Below, piece after piece: positions 12,432 through 25,139 of a stretch of DNA of 64,000 bases (the first letter of the stretch is position 1; every line of letters starts with the position of its first letter). The notes beneath the pieces are model-generated. The model searched no databases and was not told where the DNA came from. It was given only the letters and a program-made list of their open reading frames with translations. The stretch comes from Hormiphora californensis (Eukaryota > Animalia > Ctenophora): the NCBI GenBank assembly GCA_020137815.1, contig CM035357.1, positions 1,922,001 through 1,986,000 of the forward strand. Reading direction: 5' to 3'. The translations under genes were made by a program, and so were the position numbers.

Positions 12432-13139
12432 ATGTTACCGAAGACGGGAGCTCTTTTGTTCATTCTACTTATCTCACTCGGTATGTTTCGTTTAGTTGTG
12501 TCAGTTACGCTCATCCTGTGCATCCTGGAAAGCGCCGCTCTCGCTCAAGGTTTTAACCATTTTATTACTGTCAGAGCACTGGCCTGGCATTATTCTCAAT
12601 TTGCGGAGTGTGCGAGAACAGCGGTCAAAACTCAGAAGAATGAATGTCAGTGTTTTTACTATTAGATAAAGTAACCCCTGTTTTTTATAGGTGTGGCAGT
12701 TGAAAAGGCGCAGTTTTGTGAAAAGAACCAATCTGCTGGACAACTCTCCTGCTCAGGAGGGAAGACACTTTACATTTACAATGCATTTGCTGGGGCGAAA
12801 CGAACTGTCGATGGTAAGATGATCTAAATTTTATCGTCCAAAACACCCTCCAAAAAATCCTCCAAAATATTTCCTAAAATACCCTCCAAAATATATCGCT
12901 ATAGATCAATGTAAGTTATATTAAGTGAAATCTGCAATCCCCTTTCATCAGGTTGTAACACAAAGAGTAACTCATTCTGCTGGGAGGCTGTTACTGACGA
13001 TATAAAAGATGTTTGTGACGGAGAATCCTCCTGTTCTTTCTATACCGACGGAGAGGAATATGATGCCGTGAATGCTGACTGGCAATGTAGTGACCTTAGT
13101 GGAAACTTCTATATTGAAGTCTCCTACTCCTGCGTGTAG
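12432..13139 (+). CDS. Secreted SUEL/Gal-lectin-like single-domain protein, copy 1 (exons 12432-12480, 12691-12813, 12952-13139)
   Basis: Signal peptide plus FCE...LSCSGGKTLYIYNAFAG...C...C...VCDGESSC...C...YIEVSYSC: the 8-Cys SUEL pattern; two phase-1 introns. Confidence 0.8.
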
Positions 13140-13459
13140 ATTTATGAAGGAGCAGCCAATGTGATGTTTTATGAAGGAGTATGTGGTAGTTTAGGTTTCT
13201 TTTTCGACGTTATTTTGAATCAAAATGAATGTGTGAATGTAGATTAATTCTCTGTTTCAAAAACTTATTGATCTGAAATACTTTGTATCTGTCTTTCTAC
13301 AACTTCAAATAAGGCAACCGGATATGCCACATGCCACATGGCTCACGACATGTCTCATGAGAAATACTAATGCGCCATTGGAGCATCTAAAACATGGGAT
13401 AAACTAATACAATAAGTAACTCACTATCATAATTCAGTTTAGTTGGTTTTGTTAACGTG

Positions 13460-14081
13460 ATGTTGGTTGTTATTGTTGTTGCATCAATCCTTGCCATAGG
13501 TAAGTGACATAAATTAAACAAATTAAAAGCTGTATATTTGTCGTTGAGCATGACACTCACTCACTCACTCACTCACTCACTCACTCACTCAATCACTCCC
13601 CATAAAACAGCCACTCGATTGACAATTATATATATCACTGACCACTAATTTATTAGGCCATTCTGAATTTATGAGGATGTGCCCCTTGGAGTACAATGGT
13701 GCTCCTGCTGACCTTTCGTGCAGTGATGGAAAAACGATCTCAATTCTGAATTCAGAAATAGGTGCTCATGAACTCATCGAAGGTATTGTACCTCTTTTTC
13801 TCTCTTTATCTCACTCCCCCCCCCTCTCTCTCTCTCCCTCTCTTTCTCTATCATTCTCTCTCTCCCTCCTACTATCTCTCTCCCCTCCCACAGGTTGTAA
13901 CGAGGCTTACGACACCAAGTGCATGGTCGACCTAACGACCTCTCTAAGTAAACTTTGTAACGGGAAAGACTCCTGCCGCGTTTCAACGGAGGGAAAGGAT
14001 TACATAGGTGTGGCGAGCAACTTCTATTGTTCTGGAGTTATCCCTCACATTTATCTGGAAGTCGATTGGGTGTGCCAGTAA
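13460..14081 (+). CDS. Secreted SUEL/Gal-lectin-like protein, copy 2 (exons 13460-13499, 13657-13782, 13894-14081)
   Basis: Signal peptide plus LSCSDGKTISILNSEIG...LCNGKDSC...YLEVDWVC; same intron positions and phases as copy 1. Confidence 0.82.
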
Positions 14082-14461
14082 TATGTGTCAGTAGTACGTT
14101 AATTGTGTGTCAAATGTGTGTCCGTAATGTGGATTGGGTGCATGTCAGTAGTGTGTCAGTAGTACGTTAATTGTGTGTCAAATGTGTTTCTGGGGTGTGT
14201 CCGCAGTATGGATTGGGTGCATATCAGTAGGACTGTTTTATGTGCATGCTGTTCGCTAGTATTTAAACTTCAAATTATAATCTTAACTTATCAACAAAAA
14301 TATCTCATCATCACTTGTCATACTATAACATGACGCCCACGCCCGGTTCGGATTGGTTACGAAGTTACCCCTTGCCAGTGCGCGCGAAGGTCGCCCGGCG
14401 ACCTGAGTGTGAGGTGTCTTCGATACCAACGGTTCGGACAGGGCAGTCTTTTGTGAGACTA

Positions 14462-16273
<1,812 letters not shown>

Positions 16274-16609
16274 CTCAATAATACAAAACACGGCGACGAA
16301 GTGGGTGATCTGAGTTTGGGATTTTAGTTGATATAATTGGTAGAACAAAGGATCTTGGGAGAGACGGTCGTGTGTGCAGTACGTTTGACAACAAGTGTGT
16401 TTGTGTGTGTGTATCTTTTTGTTTTGTTCAATATATAATTGGTAAAATTTAAAACTCGCTGGCTCTCATTCAATAGAAAACATAAAACTGGACAAAACAA
16501 TTCACACACGAACCACCTTCAATAACACCCGTCAAAAAGTTCTTCAAAGACTAAAACTCTCAAATCACCATTATATCATGAATGAGATCTGTTCAAGATC
16601 AAATAAAAC

Positions 16610-17143
16610 TCATGACGTCATAGCGGAGATTTGTCCCTTCACCTGTTTCAGTGAGTTAATCATATCTGTCAGGGCTTCCTCAGTTAGGTGACTATTCACC
16701 GACTTGATGTCCCCCTTGCTCTGTTTAATATTCAAATTCAGGAAACAGACCGGCTCACCCTTTTTCTGCTCCGTAGCAACGGACCAGGAGAATGATGATA
16801 ATCGAGGTAGTCCAACACTATTCTCAGCCATGATCTCCCTCCAGAAAGGTACCAGCTCCACGGAAATCTTTGTCAACAGCCCTCCTAGAGACTTGTGGAA
16901 CGATTCAGGGAACACTCCAGCTATCTCCTCCGCGCTGGAGAGGTTGTTGGAGACAATACGCCGTGCCATGTGACCGAGTGATGTGAGAAGGGCACGGGAA
17001 TCTGATCTGGAACAAGTTAGGATATCTGATATAGTTGTTATGACAGTTTCCGAGTGGTGATCTGAGATGCACTCACTGCAAATCTTATGGACGACATCCT
17101 TGCTCTTTGCTTTTAGCAGGAGGTTCAATATTTCGAAATCCAT
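16610..17143 (-). CDS. COMMD9: COMM domain-containing protein 9
   Basis: LLKAKSKDVV, FPESFHKSLGGLLTKI, LPRLSSFSWSV and C-terminal LKQVKGQISA match COMMD9 as recalled; single coding exon. Confidence 0.88.
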   Translation of the reverse strand: MDFEILNLLLKAKSKDVVHKICSECISDHHSETVITTISDILTCSRSDSRALLTSLGHMARRIVSNNLSSAEEIAGVFPESFHKSLGGLLTKISVELVPFWREIMAENSVGLPRLSSFSWSVATEQKKGEPVCFLNLNIKQSKGDIKSVNSHLTEEALTDMINSLKQVKGQISAMTS

Positions 17144-17261
17144 GGATCTAGAAGAAGGAATATGTCACTGCGCTGGCAAGCGCAAGGTAGCCCAACAGCG
17201 TAGATATAACAATTTCAAATGTTTAGTCAACTTTGGGAATATTAGACCAGAGACCTCATGA

Positions 17262-17399
17262 GACTGTGATTTCTTTTTGTGTGCATGAAAATGCAGAATC
17301 GGTTAGGGACCGTCTCCACTCCCCAATAGCGTGTTGACAAAAGCCCTAACCAAGCTAACGGGAGGTTCTGCATTTTCATGCACACAAAAAAACACAGTC
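17262..17399. mobile_element. MITE upstream of COMMD9
   Basis: GACTGTGATTTCTTTTTGTGTGCATGAAAATGCAGAA is mirrored at the right end. Confidence 0.8.
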
Positions 17400-17647
17400 A
17401 CACCCACTTTCTGAAGGCTACCTGCACCCCCGTGCTTGATTCCCGTGTCGGAGAAAGTGTAATATACAAAAACCCTTGATGAATATTAGACCTCTCCTTA
17501 ACCCGGAACCAGATGCCCTAGGAGACTGAAATTTAGTACTGTATACTAATTAAGAAGCTTTGGATAAATCTCTACAGTGGCTAGCTCTTTTCGTTCGTAA
17601 GTTAAAACACTACCCCCAAAACAAAATTCCCAAAACAGAATTCAGTG

Positions 17648-17803
17648 TCCTGGAAACACTACGGCAGTTCAAGAGATGAGTCCAGCCAAAAAATTAACAG
17701 GAGAACGTCTTCATGCACACAATGGAAGGAAGAATCGTCCAATCGAGGTCTTTAATTATTGAGCGGCTCAGTAGCTTCCTCGTTTACATTTTCTAAATAG
17801 GGA
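17648..17803 (-). pseudogene. Decayed duplicate of the 5' end (acceptor, start region, first F-box) of the adjacent F-box gene
   Basis: Collinear similarity to about 19448-19615 with indels. Confidence 0.75.
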
Positions 17804-17805
17804 GT

Positions 17806-19602
17806 TTAGGCGTACACCGTTCTTCCACAGTTAGCAGTTCTAAGAAACTTCCAGTAATATTCTGACAATAATCTATCTCTAGATATTTCATATTTTTTTA
17901 GATGAGAAATAATGAACGCTAGCTCAGTGTCCAAAATATCAAAGTGGAACAGAGTGAGACTTGTTAAGGATTTGCAGAATGAAAGATATATTGGTTCCAT
18001 TTGCATTAAAGATTTTGAGGTTCCGAACTCTTGACATTTGACGAAATGTGTAGATGTCTGGATTATTATCACTGGTCACACCGCAAATCTCACAAACATC
18101 CAGATAGTGAATCTTCATAGAAAACGTGAAATTTCTAAAATTTACTCCCTGCAGATTAGGCATTCGGTCAAGAAGACTCAACAGTTGAGAGGATAAGTCG
18201 GTATTTTGATGATCAGATAGGTCGAAATAGCCATAACGGCACCCACTTGCCAAACCCAAAAAGGTCAGTTTTGGGAACACTGAAAGTTGATGAAACCTGT
18301 TGATCTTCAAAAATTCACAGGGAAGTTTCAACTGTTCCAGTGTATCACTAAAAGCGAGTAGAATCTAAAATATCGTATCGTTTTCAAATTTGCTGTGTAA
18401 TCCTCTTTCGAAAGTTATGCACTCGATAGGAAGGCCTTGTAGCGTTTTGACGATAGACTTTCCTGTTATATTTTGACGAAAACTCAACTGTCTCAGTTTG
18501 GGCATTCTGGATAACAAACTTTCCAACGATTTCTCATCCAATCTGTCACATTCCCGAAATGCAAGGTTCTTTAGGTTTTTGAAATATGGTAACGGGATTA
18601 TAGGGTCGACCAGAAAAGAGCCTCTGACGTTCAACTGCTCCAATGTTCCTGCGACGCTTGCAAAGATTTTGTTTACTTTAACTGGAAATCTGTCTTGGTT
18701 CTTCATGCCAAAGAGGTTTAAGGTAAGTTTACGAAGTTGAAGTGTTTTTAAAATGCTCGCAAACTTTTCCACTGAATAGAAATCCGTGCCTCCTAAACCA
18801 AGCTTTCCCTTCATCTCAGCCCCTCACGGAACTGAGACAGCCTCTACGAAGAAGAAGAAGAAACCAAGCTTTTGAAGGAAGGGTTGTTTCGATATGATTT
18901 GGCAAATTCGAACATGATTTCGAAGGTTGTTTATATCAAGACTTTCGAGTGACCTGGGCAAGCGGCTGCATGTGCGAAAGCTATGGACATTGTTGTACAC
19001 TCCAAAAACAGCGACTTAAGATTCGGTAGGTTGTTTAGAGCCGCTAAATTCTCCATTGAAAGTGCACATTGCACGTGATACACTATTCCTTTAAAAGTAT
19101 TTAAAGCTGCGGCAATGTTCTTCTCTGAACAAGTAATGGTTCTCCAAGAATTCTCGTATGATATAGGTCGTGGCTGTACGTTAGGCTCGAATTTGATCGA
19201 TTGAACAGAGAACTGTTCAACAGACCGCAGAGCGTCCCTCGACAGGATGAACCATAGCTTACAGACCTTGCCACAGTTCAGTAACTCAACCGGTCCAAGA
19301 AAAGTAAAAATGTGAAGAATCACCTCGCCCGGTAGCTGATGAAGACTCAGTTCTCCCTCGACCACTCTTTCTGTTGTAAACTCTGCAAATCGAGGTTCAT
19401 ACTCTGCTTGATGTGAAAGCAACAACACATTTGACAGTTCACGCCATGTCCTGGAAACACTACGACAATTCAAGAGATCAGGTGAGTCCAGATAGCGAAA
19501 GATGAACAGGAGAACTTCGCTAGGCATACAATGGAAGGGAGACTCGTACAATCGAGGTCGTTTATTGAGAGGTTCAGTAGCTTCCTCGTCTACTTCTGAC
19601 AT
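17806..19602 (-). pseudogene. Double F-box plus leucine-rich-repeat gene, broken into four ORFs by frameshifts or stops
   Basis: Two F-boxes (MPSEVLLFIFRYLD...VSRTW; LPGEVILHIFTFLG...VCKLW) followed by LRR-like LKNLAF, LRQLSF, LQGVNF in different frames with no evident introns; could be assembly indels. Confidence 0.72.
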
Positions 19603-19784
19603 GTTTCTAAATAGGGGGATAAAAGTTTAGGATCTCCGGGGGGCCGGGGGGGGATGGCTGGAAGGTCAGGAGTGAGTTACGAACAAAACATATTTGAGGA
19701 ATAATGAGACTCTGAAAATATTCAAAAAAGAAAACATAAATTAATCATCACATACAGACACGAAACACAAAAACTACATTCAGT

Positions 19785-20313
19785 TCATCTTTTTTCGAGT
19801 TTCTTGAACTTCGATTCCAGAACTTTCGTATATGCATCAAGTCGAAGGGTAGCTTGCTCCAGAGACGCAACCGAAACATCTGAAAGCATATTCATATTGC
19901 ATTAGTCAAACGTAACTGCTAGACGACAGTGTTGAGTTTTTATTGTTATTCCTTACCTAATTGGTTGAGCTGCTCTAGGTAGGGGAGTAGCAGCTTGTAC
20001 TTCACATCGAGATCATTCAAACTGTCTTTAATCTGACTCGTAGAATGAGTCAAGTTGGAATACTGCTCCAGTGCAATCCCGTTCAGCTCCTGCCAGATAA
20101 AATTGTTATTGATATAATAGACAACCTTGAATACCCCGCAGCCATTCTTACCTCAAGCATAGCATATGTATCTTTGGTTCCTGACAACTCTGTCTGCATG
20201 TAATCGGCCATTTTGTTAAAAAGTTCGTGTGAAACCCGATTTAGCCTGCTTTCGTCGTCATTTTGTGCTTCTGTAACTTCCTCCTCAAGCTTAGAAACTT
20301 CTGGGATATCCAT
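19785..20313 (-). CDS. BLOC1S2: BLOC-1 subunit 2, three exons (about 20313-20152, 20089-19957, 19879-19785)
   Basis: LFNKMADYMQTEL...YAMLE, LLPYLEQL, VASLEQATLRLDAYTKVLESKFKKLEKR* match the BLOS2 family; GT-AG introns in phase. Confidence 0.92.
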
Positions 20314-20434
20314 ACTACTTTAAAAGAGACGTCTAAAGTATAAATTCTCTCAAAATTTAATTCAATCGATCGATAAGAGAGCAAAATCGAAAGTTTGACG
20401 AAAAAATTGGCAAACGTTGCTGGCCCCCCGCGGG

Positions 20435-20657
20435 ATAGGGATCCCTAATAAAGTTGTGACTTGTCACCAAACATGTGGTTCCCGTGGCGGCGCGGCTTCA
20501 AAATGCGCGATTGTAGTCACCGCATGGTTTACGCCGCGCTGCAGCTACGCGTAGTGGGAACCACGTGCGTTTTGGTACGCGCACACGCGGTGACAAGTCA
20601 CAACCGCGCCTCCGCAAGACTACAGTGACAAGTCACAACTTTATTAGGGATCCCTAT
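20435..20657. mobile_element. MITE in the divergent promoter between BLOC1S2 and the CEP63-like gene
   Basis: 33-bp TIR ATAGGGATCCCTAATAAAGTTGTGACTTGTCAC, with a further internal inverted repeat. Confidence 0.85.
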
Positions 20658-20938
20658 ATAAGGCAGTGCTTTTCAAACGAAAAAACGAAAACAAAAAATG
20701 AAAAATCAAATCGACTGGATTTGCGATTCAAGGGATTTTATGACGCGCATACGTGCCGCGCAAAACATCGTTCAGGACGCGCATCTTCAAAAGATTTCAC
20801 GCGCGCAGTAAAACTCGATGTGATGCAAAATTTTGCGAAATCAAGATCCTTTTTTAAAACTTTTTGCGGCCAGTTTTAGAAACTTTTGCTCTGTTGTTCT
20901 GTTGCTCTGTAACTCGCCCTCACACCTCGGAGTTCGTC

Positions 20939-22576
20939 ATGGAGTCATGTCTGGAACGGCTGGGACAATCATATGAAGGTTGTGAGGAGGAAATCAGTGA
21001 CCTTGTTTACCAGATAAACAAACTTTTAGAGGAAAAGCGGTCTGAGTGGGAGAACTCCTATAATAATCTCCTCGAAAGTCATAACAACATAACAAAATCT
21101 GTGTCAGAATACAAGCTTTGTATTGCTGATAGAGATGCTGAGATATCTGACTTACGGAAGGAGCTTTCCGTCATTGACAAATCAAATTACGAGAGACGCT
21201 TAGTGCTTGAATCTAAAATCAGCGAATTGTCTCAAACTGTAACGAGTTTAAAATCGAAATGTCCATCTCCTATTCCGCCGAGCTCTCCGAACAGTCTGGA
21301 GCTGACTATTTCCGCTTTAAAGAAGGAATCGGATTACTACAAGGACAAAATCGCAGAGCTTGAGGTCGTACAGAGCACGCACAACACTCAGATCCAACTG
21401 CTAGAGGAGCAGAGAACGGGATTACTCCGGAAAAACGAGGATCAACGCCAGAAGTTCTCTCGGTGCCGAAGAGAATATCAGTGCAAAGTTGAAACAATCA
21501 CCAGTGAACTTGACCGGTTGGGGCAGCTAAAAACCCAGCACGAAAGTACTATCTCTACTCTAAAAGAGAAGATTGAATCAAAAGATGGGGAGGTCCGAGC
21601 AGCAAAGGATTCTCTCGAGGATGTTTTGTCATCGAATCACCGCAATAACTCAGCATTTTCAAACATGAAATCATCGCTCTCCCATCTTCAATCAGAGAAT
21701 GATTCACTGACGTCTCAAATTTCCGCACTCACTGCTGAAAACTCACGACTTCGTCAGGAGAAGGACTCTTATGAGTGTAAAATTACATACAGTGAAAGAA
21801 GTGTCGAGAACGTCACGAGCACGGCTCAAAAAGAGATCTCGCTGCTTCAAGGCCAAGTCGAGGTTTACCACCGAGAGAATGAGTTCCTGAGATCAATGCT
21901 TATGGCTAGGGAACAGACCCCAGTTTTGGAGCGTTTAGAAGCGGACAACAACAGTCTAAAGGATAACATTCAATCTATGGAGAGGGAGATAGCTAACCTT
22001 ATCCGAATATCGAAAGAGGGAGCAGGGGGCGAGGTCATGGCTGTAAAAGAGAGATATGAACGACACCTTCACAACATGAAAGCTGAAGTTGAGCAGTTGA
22101 GGCTGGAGAATTTGTCTCTCAAGGTTGCTCACGGCGGGGGAAGTTTCATGGGTGGGTCCACGTTTTCCTCCATGGTTTTCGGGACAGAGAGAATGGATGT
22201 GACGATCGAGGAACAAAATATGGATAAAGAGGAAGAGAAAAAGGATGCAGTGATCATGGATGAACCACAGCAAGCACCACTAACTCCTATAAAATCCTCG
22301 GTACCTCCTTCCGTCCTTTCAACCCCACCCCGATCACCAGCACTATCCTCATTTGATAGCCCCCGATCAGTCCGTTCTGCACCCTGCAAATCCATATCAT
22401 CCCCTCTCACCAGAACAACAACAACTTCGTCTCCGAAAACCGAACATCGAACCCCAACCAACACAACTATCATTCGAGAGTTTGAGGAGATTCAAAGTCA
22501 ATCGTTGCGGCTTTTCGAGGAAAAGTTGAATGAGTGTGTGGCAAGTTTTTCGGAACAATTCGCTCGGGAATCATAA
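20939..22576 (+). CDS. CEP63: CEP63/DEUP1-family centrosomal coiled-coil protein, intronless, 545 aa
   Basis: N-terminal CEEEISDLVYQINKLLEEKRSEWE matches the CEP63/Deup1 signature (CEAELQELMKQID...KKSEWE); long coiled coil; C-terminal IIREF...LFEEKLNECV helix. Confidence 0.7.
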   Translation: MESCLERLGQSYEGCEEEISDLVYQINKLLEEKRSEWENSYNNLLESHNNITKSVSEYKLCIADRDAEISDLRKELSVIDKSNYERRLVLESKISELSQTVTSLKSKCPSPIPPSSPNSLELTISALKKESDYYKDKIAELEVVQSTHNTQIQLLEEQRTGLLRKNEDQRQKFSRCRREYQCKVETITSELDRLGQLKTQHESTISTLKEKIESKDGEVRAAKDSLEDVLSSNHRNNSAFSNMKSSLSHLQSENDSLTSQISALTAENSRLRQEKDSYECKITYSERSVENVTSTAQKEISLLQGQVEVYHRENEFLRSMLMAREQTPVLERLEADNNSLKDNIQSMEREIANLIRISKEGAGGEVMAVKERYERHLHNMKAEVEQLRLENLSLKVAHGGGSFMGGSTFSSMVFGTERMDVTIEEQNMDKEEEKKDAVIMDEPQQAPLTPIKSSVPPSVLSTPPRSPALSSFDSPRSVRSAPCKSISSPLTRTTTTSSPKTEHRTPTNTTIIREFEEIQSQSLRLFEEKLNECVASFSEQFARES

Positions 22577-22739
22577 GCTGAGGAGGAGTTTGTAACTTTT
22601 TTAGGTTTTTTCAATGTTCGCAGCCGGTCTTGCGAACTTTTTTTATATCGGTTTAGGACTTCTTGGGTTGAGATATCGGGTTGATAAAGTGTGTATTGTG
22701 TGTACAGAGTAATATTTGTTATTTAAGTGTCACATCATT

Positions 22740-23800
22740 GCGTGCCTTTAAAACCCAAAATTTTACACAAATTGGGGGGGGGAATGGGAAAAAAGAAAAA
22801 AAAGGGAAAGAAGTGAGAGAGAAAAAAGAGAGGGGGGGTGAGAGGAAGAGGGGAGAGTGACAGAAGATGTATTTTGTATTTTTTCTTACCTTTTTATTTA
22901 TGACAGAAAAAGATGATTTTTCACTCATTGCCAATTTTTTTGCAAAATTTTGGGTTCCCCCTTTATCCTTTTCCTCCTCCTATCTCCTCGATCTTCCCCC
23001 TCTCCCCCCCCCCCAAAAAAACTATTTCCCTTTTCCCCAAAAATGCTTTTTACCCAACCCTTCTCTCTCTCTTGTTTTTAAAAATGTAACATGATAATAG
23101 AAAGTGATACGGGAACGAAAAAAAAGATAAAAAGGAGAACGGAAACAAACGGGAAATTTTTTTTGGCAATTTAAAAAAATTTTATATCCCTAGGGAAATA
23201 CATTTCTTGTATTTTTTCCTAAAAATTTACTTCAAATTTTTTTTCCACCACCCCCCGGGCGCTCCATACCATCTTCACCCCCCCAAAAGCTCCCGAAATT
23301 AACTTTACCTTTAAGAAAACGCATCCCATTTTTCCTTCTAAACAAAATCTCTCTTTTTCTCTTTTCTCTTCTTCCTCTCTCTTCTCTTCCCCTTTTTCCC
23401 TCTCTCTCCTCCCCTCTCTCTCTCTCCTTTTTCCCTTCTCTCTTTTTTTTCCCCGTTTTCCCCCCTTTTTTTTCTTCCCCTCAAAAAAAAAAAGGGGGAA
23501 AGAGAAGGGGAAAAAAGGGGAAAGAGGGAGAGGAGAAGAGGGGGGAGAGAGGGGAAAGGGAGGGGGAAAAAGGGGGGGGGGTACCGGTAAAACTCATTAA
23601 CCCCCGTCCCCGACCTCCCCACCCCCACAAAAAACTTTCTTTTAAACTTAAAACATGTGAGTTTCATTTCAAAAGTTTTTGGTTTATCCGTCAAAAAAAT
23701 CTCACACTTCGTCTGTAAAGCTTTTTGTAAAACTTTTTGGGTTTCTTTTACCAAAATAGGTTTCCCACTAAAAAAGAACAAACAGAGCGTCTGCGAATGG
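22740..23800. other. Homopolymer-rich low-complexity tract, probably low-quality consensus
   Basis: Abrupt excess of A, C, G and T homopolymer runs unlike the flanks; no credible ORF. Confidence 0.6.
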
Positions 23801-23963
23801 GGTAGGGAGAACAGAGAAAGAGAGAGAGAGAGATCGAGGGCAGAGCGGAGAAAGAGAAGGAAAGGAAGAGAGAGAGCGTAGGAGATCGACGAGAGAGAAA
23901 TGAGAGAGGGTAAAACTCTTTATAGCCTCTTTCTTATCTCTGTAGTATAGAATACCCTTTTCC

Positions 23964-23998
<35 letters not shown>

Positions 23999-24396
23999 CT
24001 CTCTCTCTCTAACACAAATTAATAAACTGAGCTGTTGCCAAGTTAAAGAAGTGGCCTGAAATACACACTGTACACAGATACAAGCTTTTTTAAGATACAG
24101 ATAAAGCAAGAGAGTCTGTGTGTGTGCGTCGAAAAATTTCAGTTGTAAAATATGTGCGACAGAAACAGATGTAAAAATGTCAGTTTGAGGTATAACGAAA
24201 AGCATGATATTCCCTGATACCTCCATTCCCAGCTCAATCTCTTACTGTGATCATGTTGCATATATTTCATCAGTGTGTGTGTGAGAAGAGGCACAAAATT
24301 AAACTGCTACATACGAACACAGACAATCATCACCACACCCATCTCTATCTCTATCTTCTCTCTATCTTCTTATTCTATCTTCTCTCTCTCTCTCTC

Positions 24397-24432
<36 letters not shown>

Positions 24433-25139
24433 CTTCCTCCATTAGTCCATTTTCACCGACTATCGCGACATCTTTAGGTCTCCATGTTACGTAATCTTGG
24501 TGCGGTTTAGTTACTTTACAGGCGCATTTTGTTTCGAACCATGTGTGAACCGTGTATGTGTCTGGTGATGTTTATCAAACGTTAAAAACGTTCTGTGTAC
24601 AGCAGCTGGCATGCATACCATATTGTGTGTCCCGTATGTTTACCGTTAATCTGCCCCTCCCCTCTCTCTCTCGAATGTAACTTGTCATGCATACTGGGCA
24701 CTGTGTCTCCCATTCTTTATGTCTTCCGTCTCCCTTTCTTTATGTCTTCCGTCTCCATCTCTCTCTTCTCTCTTCTATTTCTCTCCCTCTTTCCATCTTC
24801 CGTCTGTCACTTTCTTCTTCCGTTTTATTCTGTATCCTTCATTTCATTATAAAGTTTTGCGATGTAAAACTATTATAGATAGATTATAGATTCCCCCTCC
24901 TCGACCCCTCTTACCAACTCTACCCCCCCCCCCCTCATTCCTGTCTTCATTCCATTCCCGAACACCCTCTTGGCTCTTATAATTTACCAAAACTAACTCC
25001 CTCATTCCTCTCTAAATAACACTAACTCCCTCATTCTTTGACCCTCTCTCCAATAAAATAACAAATTCCTCCCTTGACTTGTCACCCTTCCCCCGACTTG
25101 TTCGACCCTCTCTCTCCAGTAACACATTCCTCCCTCCAG

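Noticed and set aside
22719-24878. Short ORFs rich in SL, RE or F/P repeats (also 410-619, 15437-15730, 57728-58190, 63011-63443)
   Set aside because: Translations of microsatellites and low-complexity DNA
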